DNA of 64,000 nucleotides from Rebecca billardiae RCC1528. Taxonomy: Eukaryota; Protista; Haptophyta. Numbering within the stretch: the first letter of the stretch is position 1; each line of letters starts with the position of its first letter. Shown here in pieces: positions 21,274-42,607 of this stretch. The notes beneath the pieces are model-generated. The model was not told the DNA's origin and ran no database searches. It saw nothing but the letters and a program-made list of their open reading frames with translations. The stretch spans positions 868,001 through 932,000 of the forward strand of contig OZ251252.1 of assembly GCA_965240325.2 (NCBI GenBank), given 5' to 3'. The position numbers and the translations under genes were made by a program.

Positions 21274-24200
21274 CTACCGCCTGCCGCCGCTCTTGCGCGC
21301 CATCGCCTTGCGCTTGTTCGCGTCCAGCTCCGCCTTGCGCATGCGCGTGGCGCCCGGCGTCACCTCGAGTAATTCGTCACTCGCGACGTACGCGATCGCC
21401 TCCTCGAGCTGGAAGGTGCGCGGCGGCGAGAGGCGCACCGCCTCCTCCGCCACCACGCTGCGCATGTTGGTCAGGTGCTTCGCCTTGGTCGGGTTCACGT
21501 CGAGGTCCGCCTCCTGCGTGTGCTCGCCTATAATCATCCCGCAGTACGTGGGCGCGGCGGGCTCGACGAAGAGCGTGCCGCGCGCCTCGATGGAGGAGAG
21601 AGCGTAGCCGGTGGTGGTGCCGTCGGCGGTGGAGACGAGCGCGCCCTTGCGCGCCGCGCCGAGCGGCCCCGCCCAGGGGCCGTACTCGCGGAACGCGGTG
21701 GTGAGCACGCCGGTGCCGCGCGTGTCCACGTGGAACCTTCCGCGGAAGGACAGCATGGCGCGCGCGGGCACCACCATCGAGAGCTGCGTGCGCCCGAGCG
21801 CCGCGTCCATCGCGCGCACCTCGCCCTTCTGCGCGGTGAGCGCGTCGATCACGCCGCCCACGTGCTCGTCGTCCACCTCGATGAACACCTGCGGACGGGC
21901 GGCGCGGCGCCGCCGCCGCGCGTGGGCACGCGGCGGGGCGCGCGGGGCGGCGGCGGTGCGGCGCAGCGTGCGCGCGCGCCACGCACGTCTTCGTACGGCT
22001 CGAGCTTGCGCCCGCCCTCGCCCTCGCGCGTGACCACCTTGGGCGGCGAGATGCACATCTCGTACCTGCGCCCGGCACGCGGCGCGCACACGCGCACACG
22101 CACGCACGGGCACACACGCGGACACGCACGCGCGGGGCGCACGCAGGGCGGGGCAGGGGGCAGTGAGTGAGGCGGCGGGCGGGCGGGCGGCGCGCGCGCA
22201 CGCAGCGCGCACGCAGCGCGGCCGCCCCCCCCCCCCCCCCCCGCGCAGCCCAGCCCAACGGCCAGCCCGGCCGCCCAGCCCATGCCCAGCCAGGCGCGCC
22301 CCGCGCGGGCTGCCCTGCGGCGCGGAGCACCCGCGCCACCACGGCCGTCGCCGCGCGCCACCACGGCGCCGCACCCCTCCCTGCGCAAGTTCTCGACGAG
22401 GACGCCCAGCTGCATCGCGCCGCGCCCCAGCACGTCTATGCCCTCGGGGTCTGTGGCGCACGGCTCGTGCACGATGGAGACGTTGCTCTGCGCCTCGGTG
22501 AGGATGCGCTCCTTGAGCTTCTGCGAGGTGAGGTGCCGCGACGCCGGGTCCTTGCCGGACAGCGGCCCGGAGTTGGGCAGGACCGTCATCCGGACGGTGG
22601 GCGGGTCGATGGCTGGCGCGGGCAGCGCGCGCTCGACGGCGGGCGCACACACGGTGTGCCCCACCGTGGCGTCGCCCAGCCCCGCCAGCGTGACGATCTC
22701 GCCCGCCGCCGCGCTCTCCGCCGCGACCTGCTGCAGCGCGTGCCGCACGAAGAGGCTCACCACGCGCCCGTCCTCCACCACCGCGCCCCCGCCTTCGCCG
22801 CCGCCCGCGCCAGCCCCCGCGTCCGCGGGCCGCAGCGCGCGCACGCGCTCGCCCACTCGCACGGTGCCGGCGCCGATGCGCCCGGTGAGCAGCCGCCCGA
22901 GGTACGGGTCGTGGCCCATCATGGTCACCACCTGCGCGGGGGGTGGGGTAGCGGCGGGGTTCGGAGCCGGCCGCGGCGGCGGCCGATGCCTGCCAGGGCG
23001 GCGCACGCGGCCGGGCGGCGATGGCGCGCGCGCGCGCGCACACGCCACGCCGCGAGCGCGCGCGCGTGCACCATGGCGAACGGCGCCGCCGGGTCCGCGT
23101 CCGGCGGCGGCACGTGCGCGAGGAGCCGGTCGAGCAGCGGTGCCATCCGCCCCGCGTGCCGCGCGCCCCACCCCTCCGCGCCGGGCGGCTCCTCCGTCGC
23201 CCAGCCCTCCTTGCCTGAGGCGTACAAGATCGGAAAGTCGAGCTGCGCGTCAGAGGCCTGCGCGCAAGGGCGGGGGGGGGGGGGGGGGTGCGGAGTGCGC
23301 GCGGCAGCGCACGGCGCGCGCGCACGGGTGAGCGCACGCAGGGCGCAGTGGCGGGGCGGGCGGGTTGGTGGGGCGAGCATCGGCAGTGGGCTCGGTGCGC
23401 GCACGGCCACCGCCGGCGTCCCCCCCGGCACCGCGCACGCCCCGCCTACATGCGCCCCACCGCGCCGGCTGCCTGCGGCGCCCGATGGCAGCGGGGTGGC
23501 AGGCTGGCGCCGCGCCCCCGCCCTGCGCGCGCACACGCGCAGCCCCAACGCGCCAGCCCTGCGCGTGCGCCCACGCACCCCCAGCGCCACCATCGTGTCG
23601 AAGATGTCGTTGACGGTTTCGTCGATGCGCGCGGAGTCGCGGTCGACCTTGTTGAGAACGACAAGCGGCCGCAGCTGCGCGGCGATCGCCTTGCGCAGCA
23701 CGAACTTGGTCTGCGCCATCACGCCCTCCGACGCGTCCACCAGCAGGCACACCGCGTCCACCATGCCCAGCACGCGCTCCACCTGGGGAGGGGGGGGTGT
23801 GTGTGCGTGTGCGTGTGCGTGTGTGCGTGCGCGTGTGTGCGTGTGTGTGCGCGTGTGTGCGTGTGTGTGCGCGTGTGTGTGCGTGTGAGCGCGTGTGTGT
23901 GAGAGAGAGAGAGGGGGGAGGGGGGAGGGGGGGAGGCCCGCGGTGTGGTCGGGCGTGCGCGACTGCACACCACCACCGCGCCACCTGCCACCGCGCCACC
24001 CCGCGCGCGCGTGCACGCGCACGCGCGCGCCGCCGCACCTCCCCGCCAAAGTCAGCGTGGCCGGGCGTATCGACAATGTTGAGCCGCGTGCCGCGCCAGA
24101 GGATGGAGGTGACCTTCGACATGATCGTGATGCCGCGCTCGCGCTCCTGCGCGTCCGAGTCCATCGCGCGCTCGTCCAGCTCGCCCGACGCGCCCGTCAG

Positions 24201-24437
24201 CTCGCACTGCGCGAGCAGGCGGTCGACCAGTGTCGTCTTGCCGTGGTCGACGTGCGCGACGATCGCGACGTTGCGGATCTCCGGGGCGGCGGCGGGGGGG
24301 CGGGCCGGCGCGGAGAGGAGGCGCGGGCGGGCAGCCGGGGGCGCCGCGGCGCAGTGCGGCGCGTGCCGCCGCGCCGAGCGCGCGCAGTGCGGCAGCGCGC
24401 GCCGCAGCGCCGCGCCCATCTGCGTCATCGTCGCCAT
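21274..24437 (-). CDS. typA: TypA/BipA translational GTPase, organelle-targeted; exons 24437-24039, 23782-23579, 23257-23072, 22931-22375, 22065-21987, 21888-21274 (~679 aa)
   Basis: [38 protein letters not shown]|[27 protein letters not shown]|[18 protein letters not shown]. Five GT-AG introns restore a single frame. R/A-rich N-terminal transit-like peptide. Confidence 0.95.
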
Positions 24438-24681
24438 CGTCGACGATCGAAGACGGTCGATGCAGCCGCCGGCCGCGGCCGCGTGGCCATCGCCGTCGTC
24501 GTCGCCCGGAGTCCAACGGCAAGTTTGAAGTTATTACCATTTTCAATTTATTCCGCCGCCGCGTTATTCGCTCATCCTCTTTTTTTAATTGCTGATGGGC
24601 GGCGGCGGTTGCCGTCAGCCCGCGGGCGCGTGCGGCCCGGCGCGCGCGCGGCAGTCCGGGCAGTCCGGGCAGCCCTGCTCG

Positions 24682-25964
24682 TCACTCCTCGAGCTCGGCC
24701 GTGCGCAGGCAGTGCAGCGCGGCGGGCAGGAACGTCTTGCGCGTCGCTGAGCGGCGCAGCGTCGACAGCAGCAGAGGGCCGTCCGCCGCCGAGCCCGCGC
24801 CGCCGCCGGCCGCTGCCCCTGCCGCGGCCGCGGGCGGCGCAGCGGGCGCAGCCGACACCTCCGCAAAGCGCAGGCCAAAGCCGCCGTCGCCGATGCCCTG
24901 CCGCTGGTACAGCGGCTCGGCCAGCAGGGAGTCCGGGAGCGAGTCCGGGCTGGCCTCGAGCGCGCGGGCGAGGGCGCGCGCGAGCGCCGCGCCGTGCGCG
25001 CCCGAGCCCGCCGCGGCGGCGATGGCGACGCCCTTCAGCCCTTCGAGCACGTCCGGACTCGGCACGCCCGGACTCGGCAGCGGCGCGGTGCCGTCGGCGG
25101 CAGCGGCACCACCATCGACGCCCTCGCCGCCCGCGGCGCCCGCGCCCTCGCCGCCACACCCACGGGCCTCCTCCGCCCCCGCTGCGCCCGCGCCGCCCGC
25201 GCCGCCGCCCGCGCGCTCGCGCGCGGCCGCGGCCGCGCGCAGCACGCGCGGCTTGTCGTCCGCCGCCGTCATCGCCACCACCACCGCCACGCCCCGCTCC
25301 GCGCCGAAGCGCGCGAGCACGCCGTGCAGCGCGGCAGCGGGCGAGGCATGCGGCGCGGTGCGCGCCGCGCGTGCCAGCAGCTCATGCATCGGCGCAAACA
25401 CAGCGGCGACACCGAGCCCAACTGCCGCGCCACCGCCCCCGCCGCCGGTGCCACTGCCGCTGTCGACGCCGCCGCCCGCCGCCGCCGCCGCCGGCCGCAG
25501 CGCGGCGGCGCCCTCGTCAGCCCTCGGGCTAGGGTTGGGGTTAGGGTTGGGGTTAGGGTTAGGGTTAGGGTGAGGCCGCAGCGCGGTGACACCCTTGTAG
25601 TCGAGGGCGAGGAGGTCGGCCGCTGAGAGCGCGCTCACGTCAAAGCGCGCGTCGAGCAGCCCGCCCGCCAGCGCCTTCACCGTGCGGAACCCGCCCGCCG
25701 CCGCCGCCTCGGGCACGGCGGCCTTCCGGAGCCATTTTGCATGCGCGGCGGTCGCGCGCGCCGACTCGGCGCCGCCGAGCGCCGCGGCCGCGCCAAGCGG
25801 CTCACGCGCGGCCGCGTCGGCGCTGCCGAGCGCGGCGAGCACGCGGTGCGCGGCGCGCAGGTCACGCGCGGAGAACTTGTGCTGGTCCGCCGCGAAGCCG
25901 CGCGTGTCCACCGCGATCGCGCCGAGCAGCAGGCAGCGCGCCGTCTGCAGCGCCGAAGCGGCGT

Positions 25965-26007
<43 letters not shown>

Positions 26008-26832
26008 GCCGCCGCCGCCGCCGCCGCCGGCGGGCTGTGCGATCGCGGCGGGCAGCGCCTCGAGCGCCTCGACGACGAGGGTGGAGGCCGAGCCCGCCGC
26101 GACGTCGATCGCGCGCAGCGGCGCCTCCGCGTGCGCGCCCTCGTCGCTGTGGTGGTCCACAATCGCAACGACGCGGCCGCCCAGCATGGCCGCCGCCGCG
26201 CCGTCAAGACGGTTGTGGTCAGTTAGGACGAGGTCGAAGGGGGCGGCGTCGGGGTGCGCGGCGCGCCAGCGCTGCAGCACCTCCGCACTCAGCTCGTCCC
26301 AGAACAGCAGCTCCGCCGGCGCGCCGTCGCCGCTGCCGTCCAGGTCGAAGCCGCAGTGTCGGAACAGCAGCCGCGCGTCGGCGCGCAGGCGGAACGCGCG
26401 GCGCTCGAAGGGGATGAGCGGCACGACGAGCGGCGCGGCGGCGAGGTCGGCGGTGGTGGGACCCAGCGGGCCCTCCCCGCCACCGACCCCCGCCGCCGCC
26501 GCCGCCGCGCGCGCGTACGCCATGCACGCCGAGGATGCGAGCGTGTCAATGTCTCCCGCCATGTTGCCCAGGACGAGCGTCGGGCGCGGGCCGGCGAAGC
26601 CCGGTGGCGGGCCGGCGAGGAGGCGGCGCTTGGCGTCGGCGAGGAAGGCGTGCATCCCGGAGCGGGGCGGCCCGGCCGTGCCGCACGCCGCGCCGCGCGC
26701 TCGGGCGGAGAGGAGGGCGAGCTGCGCGCACGTGAGCAGCCGCGCGACGCTCGCTGGCCGCATCAAGGCGCCTCCGAGTCGACGACGACCGAGAGCCGCC
26801 GACGAGGGAGGGGAGGGCATTGGCATTGGCAT
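24682..26832 (-). CDS. DHH-family exopolyphosphatase (PPX1/PRUNE-like)
   Basis: LVLGNMAGDIDT, LVLTDHN, IVDHH, GSASTLV, LLLGAIAVDT, LLALDYK and C-terminal TRKTFLP, all DHH/DHHA2 motifs of Ppx1/Prune. Confidence 0.88.
25529..25572. repeat. Telomere-like (TTAGGG/TTGGGG)n tract inside the CDS (encodes PNPNPN)
   Basis: CTAGGGTTGGGGTTAGGGTTGGGGTTAGGGTTAGGGTTAGGGTG. Confidence 0.85.
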
Positions 26833-27148
26833 TTTCGGTCATATTCGCACCTGCTACTTTTTTTTTCGTAGTTCGAGAGAGTTCCGCCTCTGATTTCTGC
26901 CGATCACTGCGAGGATGCTGCGACGAATTTCCTCGCGCGCGAGCGGCGCTCGGACCCGCAGACGGCCGCAGACAGGGTCCGCGCCCTCGTGCCCGGCAGC
27001 GGGGCCGCACGCCGGGTAGCGGCCGCGCTGCACACGCGCCATGCACCCTCTGCCCACCGCCCCGCACTGGCGCCGCGTGCGCTCGCGCATGGATCAGCGG
27101 CGGCGCGCCATGCGGCAGACTGAGGTTGAGACTGATGAGAGGGGCCGC

Positions 27149-27685
27149 TCAGCGGTCGATGCGCCGCTGCACCGCCGAGCCGAACTGGTCGATGTCCTGC
27201 GTCGCCATGTCGGCCTTGCTCACGCCGTACCGCACGCACAGGTTCTCCATCTGCGGCGAGACCACCGACATCTGCCCGGCGCAAAACTTGCCCGCCTTCC
27301 CCGAGCGCGAGTCGATCGCGTATTGCAGCGCGCGCTTCTTCTCGTAGTCGGAGCGCGCGCCGACGCCCTGGTACGCGGCGTCGTCGAGGTCGATGCCCTG
27401 CTTCCACGTCCCCTCGCGGATCTTCTGGTCGCGCGCCTCGGACGCCGCCTTGTACATCGTGTACGACGCAGACGCCGGCTCGGGCCGCGCGCCGAGCGCG
27501 CCGAGCGCGCCCGCGGCCAACGCCGCGCACGCGGCTCGCCGCGGCAGCTGCGCCGGGGCGCGGGTGCTCGGGCGAGCCGTGCGCGCGCCCACGCGCCCGT
27601 CCGCCGTGCGCGCCAGCGCGACGAGCGCGAGCGCGCAGACGAGCGCGCGATGCCGCCCCGTGGTGGCGCGCTGCTGGCCGTGCAT
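27149..27685 (-). CDS. Hypothetical protein, probably plastid thylakoid-lumen (signal peptide + twin-arginine lumenal peptide)
   Basis: Hydrophobic signal (ALVCALALVALA), then [21 protein letters not shown] (RR + h-region + AxA), then a compact globular domain with two Cys. Confidence 0.75.
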   Translation of the reverse strand: MHGQQRATTGRHRALVCALALVALARTADGRVGARTARPSTRAPAQLPRRAACAALAAGALGALGARPEPASASYTMYKAASEARDQKIREGTWKQGIDLDDAAYQGVGARSDYEKKRALQYAIDSRSGKAGKFCAGQMSVVSPQMENLCVRYGVSKADMATQDIDQFGSAVQRRIDR

Positions 27686-27848
27686 CGCGCAGGGCCTGCC
27701 TGATGCGCGCCGGTTGGGCGTCGATGGCCGCCAGGGAACCTTTGCGACGACGAAAGGGCCGGATTCCGCTTACCGGATCGGAGAATCTTTGGCCGCCGCT
27801 CGGCGCTGATTGGCCAGCCACGCCGAGCGCGCGTGCGCAGCCGCGCGG

Positions 27849-27890
27849 GCGTGAATGCACGCGCGTGAATGCACACGCGTGAATGCACAC
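27849..27890. repeat. 14-bp tandem repeat x3 (GCGTGAATGCAC[GC/AC]) upstream of the lumen-protein gene
   Basis: Three direct copies, close to a CTGATTGG (reverse CCAAT) box at ~27807. Confidence 0.8.
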
Positions 27891-28409
27891 TCACACGTCC
27901 GCCCGCGGCCGCACCGTCCCGGCGCCGGCCCGTGCAGCCGCGGCACGGGTGGCCTGCAGCGGCAGTCAGGACTTCCTGGCCGCGTCCCGGCAGCGCGCGG
28001 CCGACCGTACTCCGAATTCCGCGCGGGCGCAGTGTTGCACGGATGGTGGCTTGACAGTCGGTGCACGGCGCCAGACGGCGGTGGATCCGGTCAACTCGCC
28101 GCCACCACAGACGGGCGGCGGCGGCTCAGGCAACTGACGCTGGTTCGGTGAGTCGCTGTGGGCAGCGCACGCCCAGCCTTTAGGCCGCGCCGCGCGCACG
28201 GTCCGGTCTGCTCGCAAGCGGGTCCGGGGCCGCAGTGCAATGCCGCGTGCGCCCGGTAATAAGTCGCGGTACTATAGTGGCAGTTCTTGTCGTCAGCAGC
28301 AGCGCGCACTACCGCCGGCTAGTAAGGCTGCAGCATCATCAGCGCACGGCGCGCGCGCACTACAGCACGACTGCTAGCTCGCTACTGCTATACTTATCGT
28401 GCTGCTGCG

Positions 28410-38150
<9,741 letters not shown>

Positions 38151-38378
38151 CGCTCAAAACGCGACTGCGGGGCCTGCGCGGAGGAAACAGTCGAAGGCCC
38201 GGGCGGCCGCGGCCGTCGTTTTCGGCCCACCGCACGTAGTGTGCAAACGGGATTTGGCATTTCATGCGTTCATTTGGCCCGCGCGCCTTTTCCTTTTCGC
38301 TAAATTCGCCGCGCACCCCCGCCTGGCATCAAAGCTGCGGGAACGGCGAGCGTGCTTGGCGCTCGCCGCTCGGCGGCC

Positions 38379-39485
38379 ATGATGACGGCCGCGTGGCGCG
38401 CGCTCGGCGCGCTCCTCGCGCTGGGCGCGACGCCCTCGTCGGCGCTCGCGCTCCCGCCGGCCCCGCGGGCCTCCGCCACCCCCGCGGACCCCCTCTCCGC
38501 CGTCGCCACCGCCGTGCTGCGCGCGCTGCTCGCCGAGTGCGGCGGCGCGAGCGTCGCGGTCGACGGCGCGCACCGGCTGCCGCGCGGCGCGGTCGACGCG
38601 GTGCGGATCGGCGGGCGCGCGTGGCGCTCGCACGGCGGGCTGTCGTGCCGCTCGCTCGACCTGCGCGTCGGCGAGGCGCGCGTCGAGCCGCTCGCCCTCC
38701 TCGCCCAGCGGCGCATCGTGTTCGCCACGCCGGCCTCAGGCGCGGCCGTGGTCGAGTTTGGCGCGGAAGATTTTGGAAACTTCCTCACGCACCCGCTGGT
38801 CGGGCCGGCGGTGGAGCTGCCGCCGCTGCGCGACGTGCCGGACGGCGCGCCGCCCGAGGCCACGGCGCGCGCGCGGCTCGAGTGCGCGCGCCGCGGCGCG
38901 CGCGTGCGCCCGCCCGCCGCTGAATTCAACGCAGCGCTCACGACGCCGGCGGCGGCGCGCGCGCTCCCAGTGCGCGTGCGGCTGACGCCGTCGGCGGCGG
39001 GCAGCGCGCGCGCGTTCGACGTGCACGTCACGCCCGCCCACGCCGCCGCGCGCGCCCCGGACGCCCGCCCGCCGCCGCCCCTCGCCCCCGCCGCGCTCGA
39101 GGCCGTGGGCGCGCGCGTCGCGCTCTGGCTGGGTGGCCTCTGCGTCGATCTCGACGGCTGCGAGATCGGGCCGATCCGGGCGCTCGAGGTGCTGCCGCCG
39201 GGCGCAGGGCTGGCGGGGGCGGGGGGTGGCGCCGCGGGAGCGAGTGGTACGCCGCAGGTGGCGGCGGCGGCGGCGCCAGCCGCTCGCAGTGCGCCGCGGC
39301 GCGTCACGATGCGCTCCGCATCGCAGCAGCAGCAGCAGCAGCAGCAGCAGCGGCGGCGGCGGCGGCTGCGGTCGCGCGCCGCCGATGACGACGAGCGCGC
39401 GCCGGCCGCGGCTGGCGCGGCGCTGCTCCGCTTGACCATGCAGCTGCGCGTGGTGCGGTTCCCGTCGCTCCCGCCCAAGTTCTAA
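38379..39485 (+). CDS. Signal-peptide protein with DUF2993/LmeA-like domain
   Basis: Signal MMTAAWRALGALLALGA, then [51 protein letters not shown]. Family assignment is by recall only. Confidence 0.7.
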   Translation: MMTAAWRALGALLALGATPSSALALPPAPRASATPADPLSAVATAVLRALLAECGGASVAVDGAHRLPRGAVDAVRIGGRAWRSHGGLSCRSLDLRVGEARVEPLALLAQRRIVFATPASGAAVVEFGAEDFGNFLTHPLVGPAVELPPLRDVPDGAPPEATARARLECARRGARVRPPAAEFNAALTTPAAARALPVRVRLTPSAAGSARAFDVHVTPAHAAARAPDARPPPPLAPAALEAVGARVALWLGGLCVDLDGCEIGPIRALEVLPPGAGLAGAGGGAAGASGTPQVAAAAAPAARSAPRRVTMRSASQQQQQQQQQRRRRRLRSRAADDDERAPAAAGAALLRLTMQLRVVRFPSLPPKF

Positions 39486-39487
39486 GC

Positions 39488-39542
39488 CGTCCGGGCGGCG
39501 GCGGTATGGGGCGGAGGCGGCCCGACCGCCGCCGCCCGGACG
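39488..39542. other. 18-bp perfect GC-rich stem-loop immediately after the stop codon
   Basis: CGTCCGGGCGGCGGCGGT (39488-39505) / ACCGCCGCCGCCCGGACG (39525-39542), 19-nt loop. Confidence 0.8.
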
Positions 39543-40754
39543 TCAGTCAAGTCGCGTACAGGCAATCGCGGGCAATAAGAAGTCAGAGACGATCTCACGG
39601 CTAGCCTCGGTTTCTTAGCCGTTCGGTAGCCCGAGCGCCTACGGTGTCTCAGTTTCTTAGGCGGTAGGTCCGCCCGCCGCGCAGGCTCGGGGGGCGCACG
39701 GGGCGCGGGGCAGAGCCCGCGGCGCCGCCGCTGAGTCTGTTTAGTGTTTTGAGTTAGCGGCCCGGCCGGCGACCAGGCCAGACGAAAATGTATTTATTGC
39801 TGATATATGGGCCATTATATTATTTGGAGCGCATCAACAAATACGGCCGCCGCCTGCCCGTTGCATACCACGCGTCGCGTTAATATATCACAGCAGCAAC
39901 GATTTATTTTTTATAAAGCGGCGGCCGTTAAGGAAACTCCGCCGCCAGCAACAAATAATGAATTTTCGCGGCCGTTATAAGTTTATAACGGCTGCATCCA
40001 GCCGTCGCAGTCCGGGCAAATCCCGAGAGAGTCGGTCGGAGCTCGGGCCGCGACGATCGCGCTAGTACTGTAGTATACACGTGCATCATAGTCAGCACAC
40101 TATAAGAAACGCCGGCGGACTACGTCGTCCCCGGGCTCGGACGTCAAGTGGTCCGCCCGGACGGGGCGAGGCGCAGTCGGCCCGTCGCGGGGATGACGCG
40201 CGGCGCCGCGGCCCGATGACTTAGACTACGAGTACATACAGGCCATCAAGTTATCCCGACTTCTCCTGATGATGACGGACGACTCCTGGCCAGTGCACCG
40301 CAGCATCCGCCATATATGCAATTTAACATATCATCAGCATATATATAGATCGAGATGATGATCAGATCGAGCTAGCAGTAATAATAATAATCGGAACCAG
40401 CCCGAATCTGCAGCGGCTAGCCCTCGATCCGACTTTGAAGCAGTAGTTCACACTGCTACGTCGGTCGGCCACTGTTCGGCAGATCCGCGCACAGATAGCG
40501 CAAGCCCCAGTTTCTTAACGTAGTGACATCAGCTCCTTATTGCCCGCGATTGCCTGCTGTAGTAGCATATATCATCATGAATCATGTTGCCATGGCGGGC
40601 GGGGCCCCGCGGCCCGCGCTTTGACCCCGCCGCGCCGCGGCTCTGCCGCGGCGTGCCTGAGTGAGCGGCGCCGGACGCGGCACGGCGCGCGCATTGCATC
40701 CGCCTTGGCCCTTGCTCGGCCATGCGCCGCACGCTGCCCGGTCAGGGGCCCAGG

Positions 40755-41472
40755 TCAGGGGCCCAGGTCAATGAGCGAGAGCTCATCGCCGAGTGCGTTG
40801 GCAGCGACCCCGCCCCCGCCGCCGAGGCCGCTGCTTGCGGGCGCGCGCGCCGGCGCCGCGCCGCTCGCGCCGGCCGCCGCGGCGCCGCCAGTGCCGCCAC
40901 CGCCACCGATTGACAGGAGTAGATCGGCGTCGAAGGGGTTGGTGGAGACGGGCGGCGGCGCTGCGTTGTTCGCGCGCGTGGACACAGCGCCACCAGCGCC
41001 GTCGCCGCCGCCGCCGCCGAGCGTCAGCAGATCCGCGTCGAAGGGGTTTGAGCTGGCTGCCGCTGCCGCTGCTGCCGCTGCTGCTGCCGCTGCTGCTGCT
41101 GCCTCCGCTGCCGCCGAGCGCGGGGCGCCCGAGTGCGCGTGCGCGGCGGGGGGCTGGCTCCGCGGCACTGACGCGGGCGGTGCAGCGCCGCTGCACGCCG
41201 CGGGCCCCACCGCGCCCGCGCCCGCCGATGCGCAGACGGGGGCGATGTCAACCGCCCAAGTCGGCAGCGGCTCTGCGGCCGTGGGCGGCGCGCTCGGCGG
41301 CGGCTGCGCGCTCGGCGCGCCACTGCAGCCGCCCGCACACACGGGCGTCACGTCCGCCGCCCACGGCGGCAGCGAGTCGGCACCCGAGGCGCGCGGCTGC
41401 GCACCCAAAAGCAGCAGCTCAGGGCTCCCCGGCGGACCCGAGGCGCCGGGCGGCGCACCGCCGCCGCCGGTC

Positions 41473-41519
<47 letters not shown>

Positions 41520-42434
41520 CGCACCATCGGCGGTGGCCGAGGCGCGCGCATAGCCGTCCACCTTGTCGCCCTGCGCGACGGCCTGCTGGTAGTCCTGCCG
41601 CTGGCGCCACAGCTCGGTGCCCGGCGGGTGCACCGCGCAGCGGTACCCGCGGAGGTCACACACGCAGCGCTGCCCCTGCCCCTGCTGCTGCTGCTGCCGC
41701 TGCCGCTGCTGCTGCTGCTGCGCGCGCGCCGCGGCGGCGGCGCTGGCCGCCTCCGCCTCGGCGAGCAGCCTGCGGTGCGTCTCCGCCGCGCTCTCCGCCG
41801 CCACGCGCGCCGCCTCCGCCGCCGCCTCCGCCGCGGTGCGCGCCGCCGCGCCCACGGTGCTTGCGGCGCTCTCCGCCGCGCGGCGCGCCTCCGCGAGCAG
41901 CTGCTGCGCGCTGGGCGGCGCGGCGGGGTGCGCGCGCGGCGCGGGGCCAGCGCGCGCCTCCGCGCCGCCGCCGGCGCCGCAGCCGCCGCAGCCGCGCCCG
42001 CTCTGCGCGCGCGCCGCGTGCACCGCCGCGGCGGCCGAGTCGACGGCCGCGTTGGCTTGGCTCCGGCCGGCGCCGCCGAGCTGCTCGCCGCGCGCGCGCC
42101 GCGTGACGGCGGGGTCGCGCTCGACGCGGAGGAGGAGCATCGGCCCCGCCGCCTTCACCAGCGCGCGCGCCGCCTCGAGCTCGGCGCCGAGCACGTGCGT
42201 GCCGTCAATCTCCCGGACGAGATCGCCCGCGCGCAGCAGGTGGCGGTCGTCCGCGGCGTCGGACGCGGCGACGGCGGCGACGACGACGCCGAGCTCGTCG
42301 GCGCGGAGGTCGAAGCGGAAGCGCGCGCTGCTGTCGCGCAGGAGGTACACGCTGAGCACGCTCGGCGCGCCCTCCGCCGGCGTCGCCTCCGCGCGCGTCG
42401 CCTCCGCCAACGGCTCGAGCACGAGCGCATCCAT
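40755..42434 (-). CDS. PDZ-domain protein with NPF/DLL/LIDL endocytic motifs
   Basis: VYLLRD..RFRFDL..GVVVAAV..LRAGDLVREIDG..LLLRVER (PDZ), then coiled coil, two NPFDADLL repeats and a C-terminal LIDL. Confidence 0.8.
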
Positions 42435-42607
42435 CGCGCAGGGCTGCGCCTCCGGGCTCCCGCGGAGCAGCCGGAGCTGCTGTAGTTCCAGCCGCCGCGG
42501 TGTGCCGCGACAAACCGGCAGCCCTGTCGGCACCCGGCGCCATCGATTTCGTCAGCGCAAGCGAAGGCGACGCAGGGCATCCTCCAGCGCTTGAGCTTGC
42601 GTTGTGC

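Noticed and set aside
39538-39542. GGACG at the end of the 3' hairpin, same as the foldback TSD
   Set aside because: A 5-mer is expected frequently by chance in GC-rich DNA, and no GAG...CTC arms are adjacent.
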